This document shows, piece by piece, positions 8,301 to 18,709 of a stretch of DNA of 64,000 nucleotides. The position numbers and the translations under genes are program-made. The notes beneath the pieces were generated by a model, which did not search any database, was not told the DNA's origin, and saw only the letters and a program-made list of their open reading frames with translations. Every line of letters begins with the position of its first letter. Positions within the stretch are counted from its first letter, which is position 1. Origin of the DNA: an archaeon (GTDB taxonomy: Archaea; B1Sed10-29; JAJSAI01); NCBI GenBank assembly GCA_024274695.1, contig JAJSAI010000019.1:29346-93345 (forward strand), read 5' to 3'.

Positions 8301-9479
8301 ATGAGAAGAGTCGCGGTCATAGGCGCTGGCATGACCCGGTTCGGGGAAAGATGGGAAGAGGGAATGAGAGAGCTAGCAGTAGAAGCGGGAGTAAGAGCAC
8401 TAGAGAGTGCTGGGGTGAGAGGAAGCCAGATACAAGCCCTGTACGTGGGGAACATGAGCGGAGGCAGGTTCATTGGACAAGAGCACATAGGAGCCCTCGC
8501 GGCAGACTACCTCGGGCTGAACCCCATCCCGAGCACAAGAATTGAGGCTGCTTGCGCGAGCGGCGGCCTGGCTTTCAGGCAAGCCTACCTCAGCATCGCG
8601 GGCGGAGAGTTCGACCTGGTGGTCGCGGGAGGAATAGAAAAAATGACGGACGTTCTCACAGGACAGGCCACAACAACCCTGGGAGGCGCTGCTGACCAGG
8701 AGTGGGAGACCTTCTTCGGGGCAACCTTTCCCAGCATATACGCGCTCATGGCAAGAAGGCACATGCACGAGTACGGGACTACAGAAGAACAGCTTGCCAT
8801 GGTAGCGGTCAAGAACCATGACAATGGTCTGAAAAACCCCTACGCCCAGTTCAGGAAAAAGATTACTGTCGAGGACGTGCTAAACTCTTCTCCGGTGGCC
8901 ACTCCCCTCAAGCTGCTTGACTGTTCTCCCATCACTGACGGGGCCGCGGCAGTCGTACTCGCGAGTGAGGAAATGGCCAGGAAGATCACGGATGACCCCG
9001 TGTGGATTAACGCTTCAGCCCAAGCGAGTGACACTCTAGCCCTTCATTCCAGGAGCTCGTTTACTTCAATTCCTGCCACGCGCCTGGCAGCAGAAAAAGC
9101 GTACCAGAAAGCAGGAATAAAACCGAAAGACGTTGACGTTGCCGAGGTGCACGACTGCTTCACCATCGCAGAGATAATGGCTGTTGAAGACCTTGGGTTC
9201 GTGCCAAAAGGAGAAGGGGGGAAAGCGTACGAAGAAGGGATGTTCGAGCTGGGGTCTGACATTTCAGTGAACACGTCAGGAGGACTCAAGGCCTGCGGGC
9301 ACCCTGTTGGGGCCACGGGAATAAAACAGGTCGCGGAAGTGTTCTGGCAGCTCAGGGGAGAAGCAGGCGAGCGGCAGATTCCTGACGCAGAGATAGGGCT
9401 CACGCACAACGTCGGAGGGTCTGGAGCCACAGTAGTCGTGCACGTGCTCTCAAGATATCCTGACCTCAGGCAGAGGTGA
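8301..9479 (+). CDS. acetoacetyl-CoA thiolase (archaeal type)
   Basis: EAACASGG, EVHDCFT, GHPVGATG and HNVGG; clustered with HMGS and DUF35. Confidence 0.95.
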   Translation: MRRVAVIGAGMTRFGERWEEGMRELAVEAGVRALESAGVRGSQIQALYVGNMSGGRFIGQEHIGALAADYLGLNPIPSTRIEAACASGGLAFRQAYLSIAGGEFDLVVAGGIEKMTDVLTGQATTTLGGAADQEWETFFGATFPSIYALMARRHMHEYGTTEEQLAMVAVKNHDNGLKNPYAQFRKKITVEDVLNSSPVATPLKLLDCSPITDGAAAVVLASEEMARKITDDPVWINASAQASDTLALHSRSSFTSIPATRLAAEKAYQKAGIKPKDVDVAEVHDCFTIAEIMAVEDLGFVPKGEGGKAYEEGMFELGSDISVNTSGGLKACGHPVGATGIKQVAEVFWQLRGEAGERQIPDAEIGLTHNVGGSGATVVVHVLSRYPDLRQR

Positions 9480-9484
9480 AAAGC

Positions 9485-9898
9485 ATGGCAGAACAGGGGA
9501 GCATTCCACTCATTTGGAGGAGGTATCCTCAGAGGTACAGGCTGGAAGGGAACAAGTGCGAGAACTGCGGGACCTACTTTTTCCCTCCCAGGCTCGTGTG
9601 CCCGAATTGCAGGAGGAGAGGAAGCCTTACCAAGCACGTTTTCTCAGGGAAGGGAGTTGTGGAATCCTACACGGTGGTCCACGTTCCTCCTGACGAGATG
9701 GCGGGCCAGGAGCCCTACGTGCTCGCACTAGTGAGACTGGAAGAAGGTCCTGTAGTTACAGCAGTAGTAACAGACGTTGACCCAGAAGACGTGAAAATCG
9801 GGACAAGGGTCAGGCTCGCGTTCAGGAGAATATCAGAACAAGGAGAGAGCGGTCTGGTGTGCTACGGGTACAAGTTCGCGCCCGAGAAAGGATTTTAA
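9485..9898 (+). CDS. DUF35 Zn-ribbon/OB-fold scaffold of the thiolase-HMGS complex
   Basis: CENCG..FFPPRLVCPNC and C-terminal YGYKF; Shine-Dalgarno GAGGTGA. Confidence 0.93.
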   Translation: MAEQGSIPLIWRRYPQRYRLEGNKCENCGTYFFPPRLVCPNCRRRGSLTKHVFSGKGVVESYTVVHVPPDEMAGQEPYVLALVRLEEGPVVTAVVTDVDPEDVKIGTRVRLAFRRISEQGESGLVCYGYKFAPEKGF

Positions 9899-9924
9899 AA
9901 GAGGCCTGCTGAACACCAGAACGC

Positions 9925-10869
9925 ATGGACAACAAGACCTATCTTGAGGCTCTCAGGAAACAGCACTACGCGATATTCGGGAAGAGAGAGCATTCTGCAG
10001 CAAAACTGTGCACCTGGACCAAAAAAAGCCTGAGGGGAGAGGGGGTCTGCTACAAGCAGCTCTTTTACGGGGTGCAGTCCCACAGGTGCCTGCAGATGAC
10101 CCCTAACATTTACTGCAACCAGAGGTGCGTGTTCTGCTGGAGGTCCTGGGAGCACGCTCCAACGGTATTCCAGCCGACGGAATGGGACGATCCCGCGGAG
10201 ATTGTTGAAGAATCAATACGCGCCCAAAGGAAACTGCTGTCAGGGTACGGGGGCCTGCCTGGGCTTGACCAGAAAAAGTACCACGAGGCCCTGAACCCGA
10301 ACCAGGTCGCGATCTCCCTGGCCGGAGAGCCCACGATATACCCGAGGATCTGGGATCTGGTGCACGAGTACAAGAAAAGGGGTTTCACGACCTTCCTCGT
10401 GTCCAACGGGATGCTGCCAGAACGGTTTGAGAACATGACCGAGAAGCCCACCCAGTGGTACCTTTCCCTGGACGCGCCTGACGAGCAGACTCACAAGAAA
10501 GTGAACGTTCCAATGCTGCCGGACTCCTGGCAGAGGCTCAACCGGAGCCTGGAGATAATGAGCACCCTGCCCGACGTCAGGCGGGTAATAAGAATAACAG
10601 TGGTCAAGGGATTGAACGACAGGGATCCTGAAGGATATGCCAGGCTCGTGGAAAAGTCAGGAGCTGATTTTCTGGAGGTCAAAGCGTACATGTTCGTGGG
10701 AGGGAGCAGGCAAAGGCTGTCAATAGCCAACATGCCAAGCCACGATTACGTGAAAGAGTTCGCGGGCAAGATAAACGAGGTTCTCGGCTGGGAGTACGGG
10801 GGAGAACAGCCGGCCAGCAGGGTTGTGGTTTACTCCAGGGGAAGCAAAAAGCTTAGAATAAGAGGATGA
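9925..10869 (+). CDS. taw1: radical SAM 4-demethylwyosine synthase Taw1/TYW1
   Basis: HSAAKLCTWT, CYKQLFYG..SHRCLQMTP, CNQRCVFCWR, AISLAGEPT and EVKAYM.VG.SR.RL. Confidence 0.93.
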   Translation: MDNKTYLEALRKQHYAIFGKREHSAAKLCTWTKKSLRGEGVCYKQLFYGVQSHRCLQMTPNIYCNQRCVFCWRSWEHAPTVFQPTEWDDPAEIVEESIRAQRKLLSGYGGLPGLDQKKYHEALNPNQVAISLAGEPTIYPRIWDLVHEYKKRGFTTFLVSNGMLPERFENMTEKPTQWYLSLDAPDEQTHKKVNVPMLPDSWQRLNRSLEIMSTLPDVRRVIRITVVKGLNDRDPEGYARLVEKSGADFLEVKAYMFVGGSRQRLSIANMPSHDYVKEFAGKINEVLGWEYGGEQPASRVVVYSRGSKKLRIRG

Positions 10870-10911
10870 TACCAAGCGGTTTATATTCTCCTGGGCCCCT
10901 ATTTCTTGGTG

Positions 10912-11412
10912 ATGGTCAGGAAGACAAGGCGGCGGGACCTTGCGGAAGAAATGATGAGAGAGATAAAAAGAAGGCTCTCTTCAAGGGGTTACTCTCCGAG
11001 CGTTGAGGAACTGAAGCAGCGTTTTCCCGGAGTGTCCAAGGGAGAGCTTTACATCGTTTTCAGGAAACTGGTTGAGGAGGGCAGGCTCCCTGAGGCCGTG
11101 ATCGGGAAAACTCTTGAGAAGAGAGAAGTCCCTCTCAGTATTAATGATCTTGCTCTTCTCACAGCAGCCCAAGAGTTCAGGGCAAAGTACGGCAGGAAGC
11201 CCACGATAGAAGAAGCGGCCGAAATGGTGGAGCTCCACACCAAAAGAAGCCTGAAAAGGTACAGGCGCGTTCTGGAGGAAAAGCTTGGTAAGGAGACGTT
11301 CAGCCAAATCTTTTCCCTTCAGAAGAAGGGCCGTGTGCCTCCTAAGACAAGGCTTGCTGCCCGGGACGAGGAGCACGAGAAAGAGCTTTTCGAAGAATTA
11401 TACCGGGACTGA
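10912..11412 (+). CDS. hypothetical basic protein with two HTH-like segments
   Basis: GYSPSVEEL and GRKPTIEE helical-turn segments; TATA about 25 nt upstream. Confidence 0.6.
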   Translation: MVRKTRRRDLAEEMMREIKRRLSSRGYSPSVEELKQRFPGVSKGELYIVFRKLVEEGRLPEAVIGKTLEKREVPLSINDLALLTAAQEFRAKYGRKPTIEEAAEMVELHTKRSLKRYRRVLEEKLGKETFSQIFSLQKKGRVPPKTRLAARDEEHEKELFEELYRD

Positions 11413-11424
11413 GGCGTGCTGTCC

Positions 11425-11621
11425 ATGAAACTGTTCGGATTCCTCAAGGGAGGTAAAGAAAAAGTCCTGTCAGAAGAAAAGCAGGAAGAGCCTGTTCCAA
11501 AGTACGCGGACAAGGAATGCGCGTTATGCGGCAAGCCAGAGGCGGACAAGAAGTGAGGAGGCAGTACTGGCACAAGAAGTGTCTCAGGAAAGCCAGGAAA
11601 ATGGCCAAGAACGCGTTCTGA
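11425..11621 (+). pseudogene. small CxxC...HxxC zinc-finger protein interrupted by a 1-nt deletion
   Basis: MKLFGFLKGG...ECALCGKPEADKK ends at TGA 11554. QYWHKKCLRKARKMAKNAF* continues in another frame. One extra G restores a single ORF. Confidence 0.65.
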
Positions 11622-11668
11622 ACCAGGGCACCAAAAAAATTATATTCGGGCAGTGTTTTAGTGTGCTG

Positions 11669-13009
11669 ATGCCCGTAGTAAAACTGTTTTCTGTGACCGG
11701 GCGCGAAGGCCCTGGCCCGGAAGAAACCTCCGCCTTCGGGGCCCTCGGCTGCTTTGAACAAGACGACTCGTTCTCGTTGTACCAGAAGCTAGCAGGGGAC
11801 CAGAAGAAGGTAAAAGGGGTGCTCAAGAATTCTGCGGGCAGGGGCCACGGGTCGGTACAGGACCAGAACCTGTTCATATTCAGCATCCGGGATCTGTCCA
11901 GGGCGGCGACACTGCAGTTGTGCCTGCCCCAGTACCTGATGCACCTGCAACAATCCCTCAGGAGGGCCAACGCGGACAGAGGCTTCCACGTCCCAGAAGG
12001 CATGAGCAGGGAGTCCACAGAACTCATGTCAGACGCCTTCAGGCTCTACGAGAAAATGAAGGAAGAAGGGATCCCGGGAGAAGACGCGAGGTACATACTC
12101 CCTTTGTACACTAAGACGAACATCCAGACCGCGGGTAACGCCAGAGAACTTTCCCACCTGTTCTGGATGACAGAACACTCTGACGCGCCCTCTGAAGTAA
12201 AAGCAGTCGTGAGGAGCATGCGCACGTTAGCTGAAGAGATCGCGCCGAACCTTTTCAGGGACTGGGGGTACAACTACGAGGCCCTCGCGTGGTACCCTTC
12301 AGCACAGCTCTACTCAGACAATCCAGTCATGGACGAGATCGTGCGCAGAAAAGGAGCAGGGGGAGTAAGGCTCGTGGAGTACGATATTCCCGAGGAGCAG
12401 GTGAGCAGGGCAGTGCTGGAAAGGGACGAGGCAATACTCTCTGTCTTAAAGCACTCTCACAACGGGGGCAGCGTGCAAGGGTTTCTGGCCAGGATGTCCC
12501 TGGCCGCGTTCCACCAGGCGATAAGACAGAGGACCTGGGACCAGGCCGTTGAATCGGTCTTCTCTGCAGCAGAGAGAGGAGAGCTGATCATACCCAGGAC
12601 AGTCCGGGCGAGAGGCTTTGAGAGGGAGTTCACTGAGCTTGCCAGGAGCATGCTGATAGCATACCGTGAGGAAAAGGAAAGAATAGGAAGGCATGACGCG
12701 ATAGGAGTGGTGCCGCACGCGCTCGCCCTGTACGACCTGATACACGTTAACGGATGGAACGCGATACACTCCATAGGAAAGAGAACGTGCATGGAAGCCC
12801 AGTGGGAGATAAGAGAAATCGCGGCAGGGATTTCCAGGATCATAAAAGAAAAGAACCCTGCGATAGGCAGGTGGTCAGAGCCCCAGGGGGTGGTCTACGG
12901 GTACTGCCCTGAAAGAAACCCCTGCGGCTACTGCGAGAAAGTGTTGGACAACAGGGGAAAAAAGAGAGGTGGAGGGGAAGAGAGTGAGCCTGAAGGAATT
13001 AGACCCTGA
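11669..13009 (+). CDS. thyX: two-domain flavin-dependent thymidylate synthase (ThyX-like)
   Basis: [24 protein letters not shown] and [12 protein letters not shown]; duplicated ThyX fold; adjacent to glyA. Confidence 0.8.
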   Translation: MPVVKLFSVTGREGPGPEETSAFGALGCFEQDDSFSLYQKLAGDQKKVKGVLKNSAGRGHGSVQDQNLFIFSIRDLSRAATLQLCLPQYLMHLQQSLRRANADRGFHVPEGMSRESTELMSDAFRLYEKMKEEGIPGEDARYILPLYTKTNIQTAGNARELSHLFWMTEHSDAPSEVKAVVRSMRTLAEEIAPNLFRDWGYNYEALAWYPSAQLYSDNPVMDEIVRRKGAGGVRLVEYDIPEEQVSRAVLERDEAILSVLKHSHNGGSVQGFLARMSLAAFHQAIRQRTWDQAVESVFSAAERGELIIPRTVRARGFEREFTELARSMLIAYREEKERIGRHDAIGVVPHALALYDLIHVNGWNAIHSIGKRTCMEAQWEIREIAAGISRIIKEKNPAIGRWSEPQGVVYGYCPERNPCGYCEKVLDNRGKKRGGGEESEPEGIRP

Positions 13010-14231
13010 ACTCGCAGGAGTGCTTCAAAAAGAGCTCGAGAGGCAGAGGAACACCGTGGAGCTAATAGCATCTGAAAACTTTGTCCCTGAAGAGATCCTA
13101 CTCGTGATGGGCTCGGTCCCGACAAACAAGTACGCGGAAGGATACCCCGGCAGAAGATACTACGGGGGAAACCAGTACATTGACGAGATAGAGCGGCTCG
13201 CGATAGAACGGGCGAAACAGTTGTTCGGGGCAGAGCACGCTAACGTGCAGCCCCTCTCAGGATGCCCGGCAAACCTGGCCGCGTACGCTGCTTTCCTGGA
13301 GCCGGGAGACAAGATACTTGGAATGAGCCTCGCGTCAGGAGGTCACCTGAGCCACGGCTACAAGATGAGCATCACCGGAAAATACTACAGGGGGATCGCG
13401 TACGACGTTGATCCTGAAACAGAAACTCTTGACTATGACGCAATACTAGAACAGGCCAGGAGAGAAAAGCCGAGGATGATAGTGTGCGGGGCCAGCGCTT
13501 ATCCCAGGATAATAGACTTCAAGGCATTCAAGGAAATCGCTGATGACGTGGGCGCGTACCTGATGGCTGACATCGCGCACATCGCTGGCCTTGTAGCCGC
13601 AGGCTTGCACCCCAGCCCGGTCCCCTACTGTGACGTGGTCACCACGACCACTCACAAGACTCTCAAGGGCCCGAGAAGCGGTCTTATAATGTGCAAGCAA
13701 GAGCACGCCAAGAAAATAGACAGGGCCGTTTTCCCAATGCTGCAAGGAGGACCTCACGAGCACACGATAGCCGCGAAAGCCCTTTGCTTCAAGCTCGCCA
13801 TGCGGCCGGAGTTCAAAGAATACCAAGCACAGGTTGTGAAGAATGCTAAGGCGATGGCAGAAGTGTTCCTGGACCACGGTTACCGGCTGGTCACAGGAGG
13901 CACGGACAACCACCTGCTGCTCGTGGACGTGGCCCAAAAAGGAATAGGGGGAAAACAAGCGCAGGACGCTCTTGAAGAGGTTGGAATAACAGTGAACAAG
14001 AACATGATCCCCTTTGACAAGCGAAAACCAGTGGACCCGAGTGGGATAAGAATCGGGACGCCCGCGATAACAACAAGAGGCATGAAAGAAGACGCGGCAG
14101 CCAGGATTGCAGAACTGGTGGTAAAGGTCTTGGAGAACGTTGATGACGCGAGCGTGAAAGAAAGGGTCGCGGGGGAAGTTAGAGAACTGCTAGAGGAATA
14201 CCCCCTGTACCCTGGCTTGTCCTACGCGTGA
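12984..14231 (+). CDS. glyA: serine hydroxymethyltransferase
   Basis: [36 protein letters not shown] and [11 protein letters not shown] start follows a GGAGG Shine-Dalgarno. Confidence 0.97.
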   Translation: MSLKELDPELAGVLQKELERQRNTVELIASENFVPEEILLVMGSVPTNKYAEGYPGRRYYGGNQYIDEIERLAIERAKQLFGAEHANVQPLSGCPANLAAYAAFLEPGDKILGMSLASGGHLSHGYKMSITGKYYRGIAYDVDPETETLDYDAILEQARREKPRMIVCGASAYPRIIDFKAFKEIADDVGAYLMADIAHIAGLVAAGLHPSPVPYCDVVTTTTHKTLKGPRSGLIMCKQEHAKKIDRAVFPMLQGGPHEHTIAAKALCFKLAMRPEFKEYQAQVVKNAKAMAEVFLDHGYRLVTGGTDNHLLLVDVAQKGIGGKQAQDALEEVGITVNKNMIPFDKRKPVDPSGIRIGTPAITTRGMKEDAAARIAELVVKVLENVDDASVKERVAGEVRELLEEYPLYPGLSYA

Positions 14232-14243
14232 ACAGCGGAAGCA

Positions 14244-15479
14244 CTATTCCCAGAACCCCTTCACTTTTTCCAGAACCTCCTGCTCGTCCACTCCAAGAAC
14301 CCTCTCACCATCGTACGCTATTCTCCCGTTGACCATGGTCATGACAACGTCAGACCCTGACCCAGAGTACACGAGGTTCGAGAGCGCATCGTGCACCGGC
14401 TGCATGTGCGGTTTCTTCAAACTAACCAGAACAAGGTCGGCCAGAGCCCCTTCAAAAATTCCTGCATCCAGGCCCAGGGTCCTGTACGCGTTCTCAGTAG
14501 CCATCTTGAAAACCTGCTCTGCCTTAAGGCAGGAGGGGTCCTTGTGAAGCGCCTTTTGCAGGAAAAGGGCTGTTCTCATCTCCTGCACCATGTCAAGGTT
14601 ATTGTTGCTGGCGCACCCGTCAGTCCCGAGGGTCACGTTCACTCCTTCCCTCAGGTACTCCACCACGGGCGCGACCCCGCTCCCGAGCTTGGCATTGCTC
14701 TCGGGATTGTGCGAGACACTAGCCCCAGCCTCTTTCAATAGCCCGATCTCCTGGTCAGTCACCCAGACCCCGTGGGCGATCATGGTCCTGTTGTCCAGGA
14801 CTCCTATCGCGTGCAGGTACTCCACGGGCCTCATGCCCGTCTTCTCCATGAACTCCTTGACCTCTGTCATGTTCTCCGCCGCGTGTATCTGCAGGAGAAG
14901 ACCGCGCTCCTCAGCAAACTCCTTCGCTCTAACGAGTTCTTCTTCGCTACACCCGTAAACCGAGTGAGGCGTGACGATCACCCTCGCGAGTTCCGTAGCG
15001 TTATCCAGGAGGCTCTTCACCCTGTCAAGAGTCCTGTCCACAGGCTCCATGACCCCAAGGATCCCTTCTCCTGCCCATACCCTGATCCCTGTTTTTTCGC
15101 TGGCCTGCATGACCTTATCCTCATGAAAGTACATGTCAACAAATCCAGTGGTCCCGCTCCTGAGCATTTCAACGCAGGCGAGCAGGGTGTTCCAGTAAAC
15201 GAATTCAGGATTAACCTTTTCTTTTTCAGCGGGCCATATGTGGCCTTCAAGCCACTCCTGCAGGGGCAGGTCGTCGGCTATTCCCCTGAACCCTGTCATG
15301 GCCGCGTGAGTGTGAGTGTTCACGAGCCCTGGGATGAGCAGGCAGCCTCTCCCGTCAACCACGTGCTCGTGTTCTCCGCTTATCCTCCTGCCGATCTCAG
15401 CAATCCTGTTCCCTATCACGCTCACGTCCGCCTTTTCTCCCCACGGGAGCGCAACATCCTTTATGAGAACGCTCGTCAT
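14244..15479 (-). CDS. amidohydrolase, MTA/SAH/5'-deoxyadenosine deaminase family
   Basis: PGLVNTHTH, HAAE, HNPESNAKL and GTDGCASNNNLD. Confidence 0.88.
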   Translation of the reverse strand: MTSVLIKDVALPWGEKADVSVIGNRIAEIGRRISGEHEHVVDGRGCLLIPGLVNTHTHAAMTGFRGIADDLPLQEWLEGHIWPAEKEKVNPEFVYWNTLLACVEMLRSGTTGFVDMYFHEDKVMQASEKTGIRVWAGEGILGVMEPVDRTLDRVKSLLDNATELARVIVTPHSVYGCSEEELVRAKEFAEERGLLLQIHAAENMTEVKEFMEKTGMRPVEYLHAIGVLDNRTMIAHGVWVTDQEIGLLKEAGASVSHNPESNAKLGSGVAPVVEYLREGVNVTLGTDGCASNNNLDMVQEMRTALFLQKALHKDPSCLKAEQVFKMATENAYRTLGLDAGIFEGALADLVLVSLKKPHMQPVHDALSNLVYSGSGSDVVMTMVNGRIAYDGERVLGVDEQEVLEKVKGFWE

Positions 15480-16054
15480 CCTACCTCCTCCTCAACTACT
15501 TTCCCCCCAGGCTCCTCTTCTGAGAACACCTGGGCAGTGAAAAGGTAGACCATCGTGTCAAAGTCCTTCCACGCGCTCGCCTCAATCCCTGCCTTCAGGC
15601 ATGCGTCCGACAAGAACTCCTCAGGACCGAGATCGTACTCCACCGCTACTTGGGGGAGGAGCAGTCCAGAATATTGGCCCTTCCTGATTATTATCCCATG
15701 CTTTCCTATGACAACATGCTCCGGCCTTTCCTCTGGCCTGCAGTCAAGCCGCTTTGGTTCTGAGAGCACGCTTACTTCTACCACTATCTTGTCCAGCTCG
15801 TCAGGGGATACTGGGAAGAACCGGGGGTCTTCAAAAGCCGCTGCCCGCGCGGCCTCTCTGACCGCTTCCCCCAAGGGCTTCACAGGGTAAGGGAATCCTA
15901 TGCACCCCCTCAGGGTTTTGTCAGGGAAAGAGTAGAGTGTCACGAACACCCCCTTCTTCTCCTTCAAGAACTCGTCACGATGTTCTCTTTCTTCTCCTTT
16001 TATGGCTTCTCTGGCCATTCTGACCAGCAGAGCTCCCTGCTCCAGTGACAGCAT
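15476..16054 (-). CDS. AMMECR1 family protein
   Basis: GVFVTL, LRGCIG, AAFEDPRF and GLLLPQV. Confidence 0.95.
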   Translation of the reverse strand: MLSLEQGALLVRMAREAIKGEEREHRDEFLKEKKGVFVTLYSFPDKTLRGCIGFPYPVKPLGEAVREAARAAAFEDPRFFPVSPDELDKIVVEVSVLSEPKRLDCRPEERPEHVVIGKHGIIIRKGQYSGLLLPQVAVEYDLGPEEFLSDACLKAGIEASAWKDFDTMVYLFTAQVFSEEEPGGKVVEEEVG

Positions 16055-16149
16055 GAATACACTACCCCCGACTGTTTTAAAAGGTTAACCAGGTCAAACC
16101 CTCACCGTTTTGCGAAAGATTATATCAGCACCAGGCAAGACAGGGTATC

Positions 16150-18435
16150 ATGAGCGCTCTCGCCTACACGGTCCTCGCGCTACTGGCTGTTAACAGCCTG
16201 TTCTCTGTTTCGGACTACTACGCGCGGGTCACGACCCTGAAGACTCCTGAAAACATTCCTGCTGCTGTCATGCAGTACTCCATGCCCGGGAAAGAGTACT
16301 ACCTCTCCTCCCTTAGGACCGCGTGGGAGAAGGCAGCTGACGCCAAGAGAGAAGCGGGAAACATGTTAGAAGTGTACATAAAGGAATCTCTTTCTAACCT
16401 CGCCTTTTCCAGCTACTGCCGGTCCAAGCTCTCCGAGGTATACGGTTATGCCGGGTCAGCGTTCTACGCGACGGTCTCGCTCTTGGAAAGGGACGCCGCG
16501 GTCCTGAGGGACGCGGGCGTGGAAAACCCCAAGTACTCGGGCAGGGCCAGGCCAGTGTATCTCAGCCTGCTCCAGGCGGTCAGCGCGGTAGAGCATCCTG
16601 ACAACCTCTCCTCGTCAGAATCGTCCCGCAGGATAAGGGAAGGGCTGAAGGCAGGAAACTCAGACTACTTCAACGCGCTCGTAGGATACCCTGACGGTCT
16701 CTTCAGGGTAATGCTTGACGAGCACAGGATGTTCCTGCTGGCCCTTGACTACCTTGACGCTGAGTACAAACAAGCGCTAGCAGAAGTGGAGTACAGGAAC
16801 AGGCTACTGTCCTACAGGGCGAGAGAGTACGAGGCCAACAGGCTGGACGAGGTGGCGTGGAACAGGATCAGGCTAAGGGGAGGGATACTGTCCGGGGAAA
16901 GCTCTCCGGAGAACCCTGCCAGAGCATACCAGACCGCTAGGGAGTGGTCCCTGAAAACAACCGCTGTCACTGGCTCTGCTAGGGCGCTGTACTCAGCCGG
17001 AAGAAAGGCTGACGCCATAGTCCTGCTGCACGATCACTGCCTGGAAACAGAAAAGGTGATACGCGCTCTTGAGGGCGCGGTGGAAGCGGCCCGCGCGGTT
17101 GAAGAACAACTGCACCGCAGAGCGGTTAAGGCGTTTTCAAGCGCTTCAAGAGAGAGCGCGGGGTACTCGCTGGCGGAAAAAGCCTGTTCAGAGCAGAGTC
17201 CTCTTCTGGGAGAAAGCATCCTCCTCTTACAGAAGTGCATCCGCTTGTCCGAGAAGACAAGAGAACCTGACCCTTCCTCGCTTGAGGGGGAAGAACTGGC
17301 GGATAACCTTTCAAGACTTGCCTGGGACAAGTACTACCAGCTGGAACAGTACCTTGACGATCCTGTCTTCCTGGACAGGATCAGGACAAGCCTTCAGCTG
17401 TTGGACGCGTCGTCGGACGATCCGCTGCAGGCCGCTGCAGGATACCAGAAGCTCGTGCTGGAAATGGATGAGAAGCGCGCGGGGCTTGAGTCAGAGTATT
17501 CCGTGGTGCTGGAGAGCAGGGTGCTGGATTGCGGGAAGGAACAGGAAGTGAACGCCACAGTGTACTTCTCAGGCCCGCGCACCAGCGTTTACAGGGCAAG
17601 GGTCTTTCTCCCTGAACGAGTAGCGTTCCCTGACGGGTCAAAAAGCAAGATACTGTCTTCAGAAAACCAGTCCCTGAAGATCCCTGTGCACGTGTCCCCT
17701 GAATGCGTCAAGGTTTCTGAAGAACAGGTGAAGGCTGACGATACAAGGGTGTACTACGAGGAAGAGTGGAAGGTGAGATCCCCTCTGCCCGTGAGGCTTG
17801 CTGACGGGACGGTGACAGCGTCCCTCGCGAAGGTGCTCGTGTCACGCCCCTCGTGGCTGGTGGTGGGCAGGAAAGAACAGGGCAGCATGCTCGTGCTCAC
17901 AGTCTTCAACCCAGGAGACACTCTGAAGAACGTGGTCCTGTCAGCAGACACTACCCGGGAAGTGGAGGAGTGCAGCTCCTGCATACTCAGGCAGGGGAAA
18001 GTTCTTTTCTTCATTCCATTAGTCCGCGGAGGAGAGAAAAAAGTGCTGGAGGCCAGGCTCTCGGGGAACAGGACAAACGCCCTTTCCGAAAGTGTTCCCG
18101 AAGAACAGGAGGACTACAAGAACACTCTGCTGCTAGGACCCTTGAACACGAGCGGTTACAACGCCTTCATAGAGTCACGCGTGTTCGCTCCAGCGGCAGA
18201 CGCTGGGAGCGAGGGCACGAACATCACTCTACAGGGTGAGGGCAAGAAAGACATTGTCCAGAGAAGAAACGTGTTGAAACCAGTCTCCCTGGAGGCACGT
18301 GAGGCCAGAGAACCTGACGAGCGTTCTAGCGGCAACTCCTACAAGTACTACGTGATACCCCTTGGTTTTGCTGTGCTTTCGTTCATGCTCCTGAAGAGGA
18401 AGCCCGCGAGGAAGAAGATTGGGAGGGTCATATGA
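16150..18435 (+). CDS. large exported protein with C-terminal membrane anchor, unknown function
   Basis: N-terminal hydrophobic signal, helical then beta-rich body, several NxS/T sequons, C-terminal TM followed by KRKPARKK. Confidence 0.7.
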   Translation: MSALAYTVLALLAVNSLFSVSDYYARVTTLKTPENIPAAVMQYSMPGKEYYLSSLRTAWEKAADAKREAGNMLEVYIKESLSNLAFSSYCRSKLSEVYGYAGSAFYATVSLLERDAAVLRDAGVENPKYSGRARPVYLSLLQAVSAVEHPDNLSSSESSRRIREGLKAGNSDYFNALVGYPDGLFRVMLDEHRMFLLALDYLDAEYKQALAEVEYRNRLLSYRAREYEANRLDEVAWNRIRLRGGILSGESSPENPARAYQTAREWSLKTTAVTGSARALYSAGRKADAIVLLHDHCLETEKVIRALEGAVEAARAVEEQLHRRAVKAFSSASRESAGYSLAEKACSEQSPLLGESILLLQKCIRLSEKTREPDPSSLEGEELADNLSRLAWDKYYQLEQYLDDPVFLDRIRTSLQLLDASSDDPLQAAAGYQKLVLEMDEKRAGLESEYSVVLESRVLDCGKEQEVNATVYFSGPRTSVYRARVFLPERVAFPDGSKSKILSSENQSLKIPVHVSPECVKVSEEQVKADDTRVYYEEEWKVRSPLPVRLADGTVTASLAKVLVSRPSWLVVGRKEQGSMLVLTVFNPGDTLKNVVLSADTTREVEECSSCILRQGKVLFFIPLVRGGEKKVLEARLSGNRTNALSESVPEEQEDYKNTLLLGPLNTSGYNAFIESRVFAPAADAGSEGTNITLQGEGKKDIVQRRNVLKPVSLEAREAREPDERSSGNSYKYYVIPLGFAVLSFMLLKRKPARKKIGRVI

Positions 18436-18635
18436 ACACCATAGTGCAAGTGCTCGGGGAGAACGTGCTGACTGTTCTCTGGGACGAGGAAAGAAAAGAG
18501 TACGCCCCTATTTCTAACGGCAGGAGAAGAGTTTTTATGGACAAGCAGGAGCTCCAGAGAACGCTTGCAGAGTCATGTGGTGAGGAGGCGGCGGAGATTG
18601 TTTTACATTATCTTGAAGACAGTGGTGTACTTTAG
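18432..18635 (+). CDS. small hypothetical protein
   Basis: ATGA overlap with the upstream gene and GGAGG Shine-Dalgarno. Confidence 0.6.
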   Translation: MNTIVQVLGENVLTVLWDEERKEYAPISNGRRRVFMDKQELQRTLAESCGEEAAEIVLHYLEDSGVL

Positions 18636-18709
18636 GGTGATGGGCCTCAGTCCTCCTGTCAGGCTGGTGAGAATTAATCTCTTAAACCTGCCTCTCCTTT
18701 AGAGTAGAT

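Noticed and set aside
11579-11668. N-terminal extension of ThyX, and similar ORF-track extensions of GGR, DP1, CarS and hydrogenase subunits
   Set aside because: They overlap upstream genes or promoters. Downstream ATGs fit homology and TATA/Shine-Dalgarno spacing.
18636-18700. Possible C/D sRNA (GTGATGG on +, two CUGA on -)
   Set aside because: The boxes are on different strands, with no terminal stem and no recognisable guide.
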